Below are positions 49,950-62,667 of a stretch of 64,000 nucleotides of DNA, one piece after another. A program made the position numbers and the translations under genes. Within the stretch, counting starts at the first letter, position 1. Each line of letters opens with the position of its first letter. The notes beneath the pieces were generated by a model. It was not told the DNA's origin, did no database searches, and worked only from the letters and a program-made list of their open reading frames with translations. The DNA is from Leucoraja ocellata (lineage: Eukaryota): assembly GCA_036785375.1 (NCBI GenBank), contig JAWMAR010000127.1:1736001-1800000 (forward strand). Reading direction: 5' to 3'.

Positions 49950-50639
49950 TCGTTTGCAGAATACTTGCGCTCAGTCTGCCAAGGTCTACTGGACCTTCCA
50001 GTTGCTAATAATTTTAACTCCCCTTCCCATTCCCATTCCCTATTCGGGGCCTATCCGGGGCCTATCCGGGGCCACATGCAAACTGGAGGGACAGCACCTT
50101 ATATTTCGCGAGCAGCTTACAATCCAACGGTATGAACATTGAATTCTCCAATTTTAGGTAGCCTCTAACTAACCCCCCACAACCCCCCTTTAACTCCCAA
50201 ACACCCCTCCCCCTTTCTTACTTGCCATGCTTTGCCCTACTTCTCCCCCTCTTCCAGCTTCCTTTACCCCCCTATAAACAGTCTGAAGAAGCGTCTCAAC
50301 CCGCAATATCACCTATCCATGTTCTCCAGAGATGCTGGCTGACCCGCTGAGTTACTCCACTCCAGCACATTGTGTCCTTCCAAGTTTGTCTAAACTCTCC
50401 TTATAATACCCTCAAATCCGGGCAGCATTCTGGCAAACCTCCTCTGTCCGCACCCTCTCCAAAGCCTCCACATCCTCTCAGTAAAGCGGTGACCAGAACC
50501 CAGGAGGGGACAGCACACAGGCTGGAGAGATACAAACGCTGGTGTTATGTGACTTGCCTGCTTCCGTCCCAGGTCACTGTCTCTGATGATGTGCCTCACC
50601 ACGGGGATGCTGTTATAGACATTCATTGCGATTTTAGCG

Positions 50640-50950
50640 TTTGTTCCTGCCTCGTCCTTTAGCGCTCGCACCTGCCAGCCGCCAGACACGGCGCATGCCC
50701 TGCCCCTCGCATGGTGGGTTGGTGAGGCTGCTGAGCGGGAGCTGTGGGGCCGGGGCCTGCGCTTTGTCCCTCTGTCCGCCGCTCTTCGTTGCCAGGTGGT
50801 TGCTGCCACCGGTCGCCATGGCATCGCAACTCGTTGCCATGGAGAGAACGCCATCTTAGGGAAAACGCGCTATGGTGGCCGAGGCGGACGATGCACTGCG
50901 ATCCTGGCGCTGCAGTCACTTTGCTGTAAACGGGCGAGTAGAGACACAGT
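50640..50950 (-). promoter_or_regulatory. CpG-rich CFAP69 promoter/first exon with RFX X-box-like motifs
   Basis: GC/CpG-rich patch in an AT-rich background. GTCGCCATGGCATC (50812-50825) and GTTGCCATGGAGAG (50833-50846) resemble the X-box GTTGCCATGGCAAC. Confidence 0.7.
50700..50819 (-). CDS. CFAP69: CFAP69 putative coding exon 1 (MATGGSNHLA...QLPLSSLTNPPCEGQ, 40 codons)
   Basis: Strong Kozak GCCATGG in a CpG-rich island with X-box motifs. 40 aa with QLPL and EGQ at the positions of QIPV and EAQ in the recalled human N-terminus. The donor after CAG reads GG, which is non-canonical (see findings). Confidence 0.6.
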
Positions 50951-50989
50951 GCCCCCCCCCCCCCCTCCCCCTCCCCCTCCCCTCCCTCC

Positions 50990-51265
50990 CTGACTCTCAG
51001 TCTGATGAAGGGTCTCCACCCGAAACGTCGCCCGTTCCTTCTCTCCAGAACTTCTCTGCCTGACCCGCTGAGTTACTCCAGCGTTTTGTGTCTATCTTCG
51101 GAGTTAAATCCAGCATCTGTACTGTAGTTCCTTGTTTAAGAAGGAACTGCAGATGCTGGAAAATCGAAGGTGGGCAAAAGTGCTGGAGAAACTCAGCGGG
51201 TGCAGCAGCATCTATGGAGTGAAGGAAATAGGCAACGTTTCGGGCTGAACCCCTTCTTCAGTTCC
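50990..51265. repeat. Inverted pair of Penelope-terminus repeats with hammerhead motifs
   Basis: CTGATGA-A-GGGT-CTCC-ACCC-GAAAC-GTC at 51002-51029 (+), and a second motif on the minus strand at about 51232-51262. Confidence 0.7.
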
Positions 51266-52500
51266 TTCCTATCCATGACATTCTTATGGAGCTTTATATG
51301 CCCAAGACCTCTACAGATTGCTCAGGGGAGTGCATTTAAGTAAATTTATCACTTAAGTCTGATTCAGCTCTGGTCTCTAGACAAGACTTTGGACAACCAG
51401 CAAGGGAACAGGCCCTTAGGCTCACCAATGATCACCCGTACACTAACCTACACGCACGGGACAATTTTACCAAAGCCAATTAACCTACAAACCTGCACGT
51501 CTGGAGTGTGGGTGAAAACTGGAACACGTGGAGAAAACCCACACGGTCACAGGGAGAACGTATGAACTTCGTACAGACAGCACCGGTAGTCAGGATCGGA
51601 GCCGGGTCTCTGGTGCTAGGTAGCAACTCTTCCACTGTCCTGCCAATGGGAAAACATCAAAGGCATACTAGGACAAAAAGTTAGGGATGTTTAGGTCGTG
51701 AATTCCAGAACTTCGTCCTTGGCTGTTGAAAGTTTAGCTCCCAGTGGCGGAGCAACTAAATGCAGAGATGATCAGAAGGCCTGTGGAGCAGGATTGGAAG
51801 GCCAGTATTGGAGAATGCAGATATTTACATAGAATGCTGAAGAAACTCAATCCCATTCACCACTCTTAATATTAGGGTCACATATTCTGGCTGTGTTGAT
51901 TGGTGTGGGCAGGTTTGGATGAAGGGACTGTGTCCACACTGGATGACACTATGACTCCCCAGTGCCCTAGTCTGGTGCGCACATATTTCTACAACTACTC
52001 CACCCCCAATGTCAAACTAAATGCACTAACAGGGAGACCTGATAGAAGTATAGAAAATTATGGCATAGATAGAGTAGACAGACAGAACCTTTTTCTGAGA
52101 GTGGAAGTGTCAAAGACGGAAGGATATAGATTCAAGGTGAGACCGAGTAATGGGTTCCTGGAATGTACTGGGGTGGTGCTGGAAGCAGATATGATTTTGG
52201 TGTTTAAGAGGCTTTTAGAGAGGCACCTGGATATACAGGATATTAAGTTATGTGAAACATTATCAGGCAAAGGAGATTAACCTGGCATCATGTTCATTAT
52301 GGGTCAAAAGGCCTGTTTCTGTATTGTTCTATGTTCTGTGTATTTGCCTCCATTATTAATTAATTCCAGACAGTCATTACACTCTGCCTACATAACGTAC
52401 CTCTAGGATTTTCTTTAAATGTCTATGTTCTGTGTTATAAAGGATCTATATCCAAAACATAACTGTTCACTCACAAATGTGGTGGACCTATTGTATACAT

Positions 52501-54580
52501 AGAAACATAGAAACATAGAAATTAGGTGCAGGAGTAGGCCATTCAGCCCTTCGAGCCATATTGACCATTCAATATGATCATCCAACTCAGTATCCCGTAC
52601 CTGCCTTCTCTTCATACCCCCTGATCCCCTTAGCCACAAGGGCCACATCTAACTCCCTCTTAAATATAGCCAATGAACTGGCCTCGACTACCCTCTGCGG
52701 CAGAGAGTTCCAGAGATTCACCACTCTCTGTGTGAAAAAAGTTCTTCTCATCTCGGTTTTAAAGGATTTCCCCCTTATCCTTAAGCTGTGACCCCTTGTC
52801 CTGGACTTCCCCAACATCGGGAGCAATCTTCCTGCATCTAGCCTGTCCAACCCCTTAAGAATTTTGTAAGTTTCTATAAGATCCCCTCTCAATCTCCTAA
52901 ATTCTAGAGAGTATAAACCAAGTCTATCCAGTCTTTCTTCATAAGACAGTCCTGACATCCCAGGAATCAGTCTGGTGAACCTTCTCTGCACTCCCTCTAT
53001 GGCAATAATGTCCTTCCTCAGATTTGGAGACCAAAACTGTACGCAATACTCCAGGTGTGGTCTCACCAAGACCCTGTACAACTGCAGTAGAACCTCCCTG
53101 CTCCTATACTCAAATCCTTTTGCTATGAAAGCTAACATACCATTTGCTTTCTTCACTGCCTGCTGCACCTGCATGCCTACTTTCAATGACTGGTGTACCA
53201 TGACACCCAGGTCTCGCTGCATCTCCCCTTTTCCTAGTCGGCCACCATTTAGATAATAGTCTGCTTTCCTGTTTTTGCCACCAAAATGGATAACCTCACA
53301 TTTATCCACATTATACTGCATCTGCCAAACATTTGCCCACTCACCCAGCCTATCCAAGTCACCTTGCAGTCTCCTAGCATCCTCCTCACAGCTAACACTG
53401 CCCCCCAGCTTAGTGTCATCCGCAAACTTGGAGATATTGCCTTCAATTCCCTCATCCAGATCATTAATATATATTGTAAATAGCTGGGGTCCCAGCACTG
53501 AGCCTTGCGGTACCCCACTAGTCACTGCCTGCCATTGTGAAAAGGACCCGTTTACTCCTTCTCTTTGCTTCCTGTTTGCCAGCCAGTTCTCTATCCACAT
53601 CAATACTGAACCCCCAATGCCGTGTACTTTAAGTTTGTATACTAATCTCTTATGTGGGACCTTGTCGAAAGCCTTCTGGAAGTCCAGATACACCACATCC
53701 ACTGGTTCTCCCCTATCCACGCTACTAGTTACATCCTCGAAAAATTCTATAAGATTCGTCAGACATGATTTACCTTTCGTAAATCCATGCTGACTTTGTC
53801 CAATGATTTCACCACTTTCCAAATGTGCTGCTATCCCAGCTTTAATAACTGACTCTAGCAGTTTCCCCACTACCGATGTTAGACTAACTGGTCTGTAATT
53901 CCCCATTTTCTCTCTCCCTCCCTTCTTAAAAAGTGGGGTTACATTTGCTACCCGCCAATCTTCAGGAACTACTCCAGAATCTAAAGAGTTTTGAAAAATT
54001 ATTACTAATGCATCCACTATTTCTGGAGCTACTTCCTTAAGTACTCTGGGATGCAGCCTCTCTGGCCCTGGGGATTTATCGGCCTTTAATCCATTCAATT
54101 TACCCAACACCACTTCCCGGCTAACCTGGATTTCACTCAATTCCTCCAACTCCTTTGACCCGCGGTCCCCTGCTATTTCCGGCAAATTATTTATGTCTTC
54201 TTTAGTGAAGACGGAACCAAAGTAGTTATTCCATTGGTCCGCCATATCCTTGTTCCCCATGATCAACTCACCTGTTTCTGGCTGCAAGGGACCTACATTT
54301 GTTTTAACTAATCTCTTTCTTTTCACATATCTATAAAAACTTTTGCAGTCAGTTTTTATGTTCCCTGCCAGTTTTCTTTCATAATCTATTTTTCCTTTCC
54401 TAATTAAGCCCTTTGTCCTCCTCTGCTGGTCTCTGAATTCCTCCCAGTCCTCCGGTATGCTGCTTTTTCTGGCTAATTTGTACGCATCATCCTTCGCTTT
54501 GATACTATCCCTGATTTCCCTTGTTATCCACGGATGTACTACCTTCCCTGATTTATTCTTTTGCCAAACTGGGATGAACA
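52501..54580 (-). mobile_element. Young 5'-truncated CR1 LINE with an uninterrupted 664-aa RT ORF (52587-54581)
   Basis: Full RT motifs (YRPVSLTS, YLDFQKAFD, PQGSVLGP, FADD), no endonuclease domain, octamer tail, ATACAT duplication at 52495-52500 and 54581-54586. Confidence 0.95.
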
Positions 54581-56589
54581 ATACATCAATATTTTCTTCT
54601 AAAATAAGAGAATAGGTTGTTTTTCTGAAAGACTGTTATACGGGTCAGTACCAAAGATAGAGTACATCAGTATAAAAAATACCAGTTTGGCCAACACAAA
54701 AGCATTAAAACAATTGGCCATCTGCTCGATGAATGAAAGATCATCAGGATCTTAGCTATTTTCTTCCGTTCACCCATAGCCAATATGAATGAATTACAAT
54801 GCAGATGCTATTATTTTCCAATTGTGGTCTAATGAATTAGTCATTAGCTGCTAAGTTAATGTTACTTTGTTGTGCTGAAAGTTCTACGTCCCCTCTCTGC
54901 TGATAATGACACAAAATGAATAAAATAACAAGAATTGCAAAGATATGTTGATTTCCATTTTAAACTTCATTTTGTTGTAAATCACACAATCTATTCCGTC
55001 ATCCAGTGGGTTAGTCATTCAATCACATGGTATTTGATTTTAACTGAACTGGGTCTACTGATTAAATATAATGCCATTATTTATGTGTTTCACGTGTTTT
55101 CTGGTAATAGTCATCCTGCATAAAATCCGGCTCATGCATTTATATTGGCAATTTCCCATGAACCAACTGTACTAGCAGATTCAAACTGGCATTTAAAAGA
55201 ATGTGGCTACTACTGACAGAAGTAAAATACTGCAGGCACTAGATATCTGAAATAGAACATGAATATAGGACATAGAACAGAACTGCACAGCACAAGAATA
55301 GACCCTCCAACCAACAATGCCTGTGCTGAACATCAAGACCAACTCTTATCTGCCTGCAAGTAATCCATATCCCTCCATTCCCTGCACTTCCATATGCCTA
55401 TCAAAAAGTCTCTTAAATGCCACTATTGTATACCCCTCAACCACCACCCCCAGCAGTGTGTTCCAGGCACACACCTCCCTCTCTGTAAAAAAAAAAAACT
55501 TGCTCCACCCATCTCCTCTGAACTTTGCCTTTCTCCCTTAAAGCTGTACCTTCTAGTATCCAACTTTTCCATCCAATGAAAAATATTCTGAATGTTATAT
55601 ACTTTAACCCAAGACAATCCAAGTCTGACCAACCTCTCCCTGCAGCTAATATCCCCAAATGCAGGCATCATTCTGTTTTTTATTTCACCACAAGTAAACC
55701 TCCTCTGTCCACTTTCCAAAAACCTCCACATCCTTCCTGCAATGGGACGACCAATATTTGACTACACATAATTTTCCAAATGCGGCCAAACCAGAATTCT
55801 ATAAAGCTGCATCATGATTTCCAGACGCTTATACTCAATACCCTAACCAAGGAATACTCACCAGGTCAGGAACCTTATCCTTGTATCTTTCTCCACAAGT
55901 AATTTCCAGCATATCCCCCTTTATTTTAAATCATCCAAAATCATGGTTTCGGTCAGCACTTCTAACAGCTGTAAAATGGAGACACAATAAACTGCAAATA
56001 TTCGAATCTCAGCTGGTCTGGCAAAGACCCTACCATTAACTGTTTATTTCATGCCATTGTTCAACTTCCAAAATTGCATCACTTTGCACATTAGTTAAAT
56101 TCCATCTGCCATTCACTTGCTCACTTTCCTTGTTGATCTAACCTTCACTGTCCACTATACCAGCAATTTTGGTGCCATCTCCAAACTTACTAAACATGCC
56201 CCTATATTCTCATTCAAATTGTTAATTGTTATGACAAAAAACAGAGGACTCAGCACCAATCCCTGCAAATTGTGTATTGTTTCCTGGTTTTAAATTATTT
56301 TATACACTTTGAATAATGGCGCCAAAAATGGCGGCACCTGCATGTATACTATATGCAAAATGAATTTCACTGTGCCATTGCATCTGTGACAAATAAAGCA
56401 CTATTGAACCATTGAATTGTTCAGATGTTTGTGCTAGAAGCACTGGTCAGAAGCATTTGTCACACCAGTGGTCAGAAGCAGTGCCACTGTGCTGCTCTCG
56501 ATTGTCCCCACACCAGAAGCCCCACTACCTGATCGAGCCACATTTCCCACTGTCTCCAGGACAGGAGCACCGACTCAATCCTCGCCAGA

Positions 56590-57383
56590 GAAATGTGAGG
56601 TGCTGCATTTTGGGAAGTTTAACATGGGCAGGACTTACACAATGAATGGCAGGGCTCTGGTGAGTGTTGTAGAGCAGAAGGATCTAGGAGTGCAGATACA
56701 TAGTTCCTTGAAGGTGGCGTCACAGGTCGATAAGGTGGTCAAAAAGGCATTTGGCACGTTGGCCTTCATCAGTCACAGTATTGAGTGGAGAAGGTGGGAG
56801 GTCAAGTTGCAGTTATATATGACAATGGTGAAGCCGCATTTGGAGTATTGTGTTCAGTTCTGGACACCATGTTACGGGAAAGATGGAAAGGGTACAGAGA
56901 AGATTTACGAGGATGTTGCCTGGACTCGAGGGTGTGAGCTATAGGGAGAGGTTGAGTAGGCTGGGACTCTAATCCTTGGAGCACAGGAGGATGAGGGGTG
57001 ATCTTATAGAGATGTATAAAATCATGAGAGAAATAGATCGGGTAGATGCGTAAAGTCTCTTGCCCTGAGTGGGGGAATTGAGAATCGGAGAACATAGGTT
57101 TAAATTGAAGGGGGAAAGATTTAATAAGAATCTGAGGGGTAACTTTTTCACACAAAGGGTTATGGGTGTATAGAACGAGCTGCCAGAGGAGGTAGTTGAG
57201 GCTGGGACCATTTCAATGTTTAAGAAACAATTAGAGAGGTACATGGATAGGACAGGTTTGGAAGAATATGGGCCAAATGCAGGCAGGTGGAACTAGTGTA
57301 GAAGAGTCATGTTGGTTCAGTGTGAGAAAGTTGGGCTGAAAGGCTTGTTTCTATGCTACATGACTATGACTCTATGACTATGA
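56590..57383 (+). mobile_element. CR1 3' fragment, second subfamily with (CTATGA)n tail
   Basis: KCEVLHFGK...DLGVQIHSSLK...PHLEYCVQFW. Confidence 0.85.
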
Positions 57384-58194
57384 GGTGGAGCAGGGGCCCC
57401 AATGCCAGCAACACTGAATCCAACTGTCCCCCAGCCCCACCCAGGCTGGGGCAGCTGACACCTGCCAGTCTTTACCTCTGGGGTCACTGACTTGCAGGGT
57501 CCTAAACTGTTTCTTTAATATAGGAAATTAATTTCCAAATGGCATGCTCCAAAAAATTCTGACCAAAGTGGTCATTTTAATGATATTGGAATCTAGAAAC
57601 ACTGGTGTCTTTAATTTCTGCAGTAATCATCGGATGCCAACTTTCAAGCAAGTCAAAACTTCCTGGTACATGACACACAGCGACTGTTTTCTCATTTCAA
57701 TCCATTTGATGGAAAATTTTCAACAAAACAGCCAGCCAGGGTAAATAATAAGAACAGAAAAGTATTCAGGAGGGAAGCAGCCATTTTCTTTTGTGCCACA
57801 GATTTTCATTACTCTGTGACTCATCTGTTTAATGTGTGATTTAAGTTCAGTTGAGTTGCATTCATGCAAGATCATAAATGGTATTCGAGTGTGAAAATGT
57901 CTTCCAAAGAGGAACAGTTAATTTAGAGTATAAATTCATTACCCATAATATATGCATAAACCTGTTCTTTGTTGTTAGTTCAACGTCAACATGTCAATAA
58001 ACCTTTATTACCTCTTTTTAACTGGAGATTAACTAGTTTAATTTTATTTTAGGATATGATGTGAATAGCTCTGGCACGGCCAGATTTATAGTCTAAACTT
58101 AATTGCCAGCATGATGGTGGTAGCAAACAGTCTCAACATATATCTGTCAGGTTGGTACATGTTTTCTTGGGAAGCATGGGAGTTGATATTGTCC

Positions 58195-58800
58195 CATTTA
58201 CGAGGATGTTGCCAGGACCTTTACTAGGAAGTTGTCAAGTCTTTCATGAGGATGTTGTCAGGACTCAAGTGTGTGAGCTATCGGGAGTTGAGCGAGCTAG
58301 AACTATATCTTGGACTGGAGGAGGTTGAGAGGTGATCTTAGTATTTTACCCCGAGGAATCAAGAATCAGAATACATAAGTTTAAGGTGAGAGGGGAAAGA
58401 TTTAATGGGAATCTGAGCAATATTCAAAGAGGGAATTAGATGTGGCCCTTGTGGCTAAAGGGATCAGGGGATATGGAGAGAAGGCAGGTAGAGGATACTG
58501 AGTTGGATGATCAGCCATGATCATATTGAATGGCGGTGCAGGCTCGAAGGGCCGAATGGCCTACATCCTGCACCTATTTTCTATGTTTCTATGTTTCTAT
58601 GAAGGGCAACTTTTTCACACAGAGGGTGGTGGGTATATGGAATGACAGCTGGAGGAGGTAGTTGAAGCAGAAATTATAACAACATTTAAAAGACATTTGA
58701 ACAGGTAAATGAATAGGAAAGATTTAGAGGGATATGGGCCAAACGCAGGCAGGTGGGACTAGTGCTACTGGGGAATATTTGGTTGACATGGGCAAGTGGG
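58195..58800 (+). mobile_element. CR1 fragment with a nested young CR1 3' end (about 58420-58601)
   Basis: A 3' UTR with (TTCTATGT)n tail interrupts an older CR1 C-terminus. Confidence 0.75.
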
Positions 58801-61800
58801 ACTTTATGATTTCCCTACGTCCTTTAAGTAATATTTATAAAATACATTTAAAATAAATATTGCTGTGTGTAATGTATCTTGCAGATGGTATGCACTGCAG
58901 CTACATAGCACTGGTGTTTGAAGAAGTATACGCTTACAGTGAAGAATGGGATATTTTCCTTGTGTATTGTTTGAACAGGATTGAGAAAAATGCTTTAGTT
59001 GTAACTGCATTTCCCTCGCCAAATGGAGAATGTTCCATCACACTGCTGACTTATTTCTTACAGATGATGAACCAACTTTGGGAAACCAGGTGAATCATTT
59101 ACTATGGAATATTCAGCTCTAACTTGTTCTTCTAGCCCCATTATTTATGAAGCAGGCCCAGTTACAATGCCAGAGACCCGGGTTCGATCCTGCTGCTGTA
59201 CGGAGTTTGTACGTTCTCCCTGGGACCGTGTAGGTTTTCTCCGGGTGCTCTGGTTTCCTCCCACACTCCAAAGACGTTCAGGTTTGTAGGTTAATTGGCT
59301 TTGGTAGAAATTGTCCCTAGTGTGTAGGTTAGTATTAGTGTAGGGGGATCACTGGTCAGTGTGGACTCAGTGGGCAAAAAGGTCCTGTTTCCACGCTGTA
59401 TCTCTAAAACTAAAACTATTGGAAACCTCTCTTCTACTTCCCCCATAGACCAGTATGATACTTGACAATGATAATACCATTAGGGAAATAACTAGATTCT
59501 TTCTTGTTGGAGACATCTATTATCAGGGGTATGTGGTGCAATTAACCATAGCATAGATAGACACAAAATGCTGGAGTAAATCAGTGGGCCAGGCAGCATC
59601 TCTGGAGAAAATGGATAGGTGACGTTTCGGGTCAGGACCCTTCTTCAGACTAATTGTAGATGGGGGGGGGGGGGGGGGGGGGGGTAGAGGAAATGTGGTA
59701 GCAGAAAAAGACCAGGACAAATTAGGGCCAGCAACAGATGACCTCAGGCAGGATGGTTCTCTGAAACGCTAATTTGGCTAGGCACAGTGTGATCCTAAGT
59801 CTATTAGCCCATTGTGTGACCACCACTAGACAATGTCATAGTCATTCCAGATAATGACTATCTTATTGGAGATGTATGCTGCCTGGCACTTTTGCAGCAT
59901 GAATGCTTCCAGCAAGGAGTTGGTTGCAAGCATTTACACTATCTTATCATCAACATCATCATCTTATGATGTAAGGAAGTTGATGATGGGAAGATTAAGA
60001 TGGTTGAGCCCAGGACATTGCATATGGAACCACTTACCCCAGTCAGCGGGGTGAGATGTTCAGCCTCTGAGAAAGAAAAATCATCTTCCTTTCGTGTTGA
60101 GTATTACTCTCTTCTGGGATATCAACAACAATTTTGTTCGAGCTCCTCAGTGCCAATTGTGCAAAAAGGTGTCCTAATGTCCCACAGCAGGTTCTTTCGC
60201 TTTGCCTTTGGAATTCAATTTATTTCCATGTTTGGACAAGGGTATGAAATGGGGTATGAAAGTGTGAGTGAGTGAAGATATTAGTGAGGGCAGTTAAGAG
60301 GGTCCTTAGAAAGGCACATGGATATGCAGGATACACATGAGGGAATGGAGGGATATGGATTACTTACAGGCAGAGAAGATTTGTTTAATTTGGCATCATA
60401 TTTGGCTTGGACATTGTAGGCCATAGGGCCTGTTCAAGTGTTGTACTGTTCTATGTATACTGGATGTTCTAGGGTAAAGTGCACTTACCAGCACAGTTAA
60501 CAACCATTTTATTCACTTTGCCGATGATTGAAAATAGGCTGACAGTGCAGTTATTGACTGGATTGCAGTCAATCCACATTGGGTGGATGCCAATGTTGAT
60601 GCTGTGCTGAAATATTTGTTGAAAATGATGCATCATTTTACTTATTTTCTGCAATACTCTCCAAAGCAATTTTCATTTAGCAAGGCACAACTGTTGTATT
60701 AACTGAAATAAAAGCTGTAAATGCTGGAAACGCGCACCAGGCAAGTTAGCATCTGTGAAAAGAGAAACTGGTTACATTTCACATCAAAAGATCCTTCTCC
60801 AGAAGTGGGAGGCCCTCGGACTATCTCTGATTGGACTATCCTGGTCTTTATCATGCAGTAAATGTTATTCACGTTATTTCCTTTATCGTGTATCTGTACG
60901 GCTCAAATGCAATCATGTATTGTCTTTCCGCTGACTGATTAGCATGCACAGAAGCTTTTCACTGTACCTGGGTACACGTGACAATAAACTAAACTTAAAC
61001 TCAAACTCAGAGGGAGAGAATAAATTAATTTTATATTCCAAAGGGAGTAAAGAAGGAATTGATAGACCAAAAGGAATATTTTTTATAGCTCGTGGTCCTC
61101 TTGGTTTTCTCATTCTTCTAATAGCCTTAATTAATCTCCTAACAGGATGGCTTCATATAGGTTGGAATCATCTGGGCAGTTCTGGCTTTGGCCTATCCAA
61201 AATATTCCCTTTGTCCTATCAATTCCTCCCCTACTTTCTCTACAATATAAAATTAATTTGTTTTCTCCCTCTCCCACTCAGGAGAATAGGGTTAGGAGAG
61301 AGAGATAGATCAGCCACGTTTGAATGGCGGAGTAGACTGGATGGGCTGAATGCACTAATTCTTTTCCTTTCACTTATAACCTCATGACTTATAACATATA
61401 TCTCAGTCAAAGTACTTTATAGCATGTGCATTGAATAGGAAGCCTTCATAAATTAGTAGAATTATAGATTCGTACAGCACCAAAATAGGCCCTTTGCTTT
61501 ACAAAGACTATGCTGACCATTTGCACCCATTTACACTAAGATTCTGCCACTTACCTACACACTTGGGGTGATTACGACAGTCATTTAACATACAATCTAT
61601 TCGTCTTTGGAATGTGGGAAGAAACTGGAGCATCTGGAGGAAACCCAAGAGATCATAGTGAGAATATGCAAACTCCACACAGATAGCCCCCTGGATACAT
61701 AGAAACATAGAAAATAGGTGCAGGAGTAGGCCATTCAGCCCTTCGACCCTGCACCGCCATTCAATATGATCATGGCTGATCATCCAAGTTTGGTATGAGT

Positions 61801-62667
61801 TTGGCACTCATAGGATTTTGATAGGTCTGATTCAGCAGATGTTCCAGACTATTTTAAGAAGGGTTGCAAACACAAACCTGGGAACTGTAGACCTGTGAGC
61901 CTAACGTCTGCAGGGCTGCCAACATTGGGTGAGAGTTGGGAGTGAGAAATTGCGAAAGACCAAGCCCGAGGGAGCAGAGCGACTGGGGGGAGGGGGGGGG
62001 GGGGGGGGGGGGAGGAGGCTGTCCCTCTCCCATTGGTATGGAACATTTGCATTTTTCAGCTTGAAATTGTGCAATATGGTGCATACTGTAGCGAGTCTTT
62101 TAACTTACACTTGAATGCAATATATATGCTTTAAATTGGATTGGAGCGTGTTTGAAAGGGGGGAGGCTGTGCGATCACTGATCACTGGCCTTGGGGGTAC
62201 CCGGTGAGGGAGTAGAGCAACCGAGTGGGGAGAGCGTGTGGAAGAAAGGTGTCGCCCCCTCCCAGGGTAGGAACCTTTTGAAATTTGATGTATTAAAATC
62301 ATTTTTAGTGCACTGTAGAAGTATGATTTCAATGTTTTTTGTATGAAGTATTTTTAAGAGGTAACTTTTTAAGGGGTAATTTTATCCACACAAAGGGTGA
62401 TGGGTGTATGGAACAAGCTGCCAGAGGAGGTAGTTGAGGCAGGGACCATCCCAACATTTAAGAAAACGTTAGACTGATACATGGATAGGACAAGTTTGGA
62501 GGTATGGACCAAAAGCAGGTGGCGTAGCTCGAACATGTTGGCGGGTGTGGGCATGTTGCACCGAAGGGCCTGTTTTCACACTGAATCACTCTATGACTAC
62601 ATTATACCTCCACCATGCATGAATGCATCAAAATCAAATGATCGAGTTTTATTGCCATATACTCAAG

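Larger units (their letters stand above)
46430..50375 (+). mobile_element. Penelope-like element (RT plus GIY-YIG), interrupted by CR1
   Basis: ADQGG, GRPIVSAC and CGLLYIGETKHRLSD, resuming as FAEYLRSV at about 49950. Terminal repeat with a degenerate hammerhead at about 50280-50315. Confidence 0.85.

Noticed and set aside
52975-53793. Plus-strand ORFs of 93-172 aa
   Set aside because: Antisense shadows of the CR1 RT ORF.
57690-57785. Short minus-strand ORF with a signal-peptide-like start (MAASLLNTFLFLLFTLAGC)
   Set aside because: Only 30 codons, with no splice support or homology.
58860-59093. Plus-strand 77-aa ORF with AG/GT-like borders (58885-59089) and faint resemblance to short motifs of known proteins (CSYIAL, YIALVFEE)
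   Set aside because: Similarity is too short to trust, and there are no partner exons.
60913-61387. Overlapping ORFs (147 aa plus strand, 66 aa minus strand) considered as exons of a neighbouring gene such as STEAP2
   Set aside because: No recognisable homology; the ORF ends lie in repeat tails.
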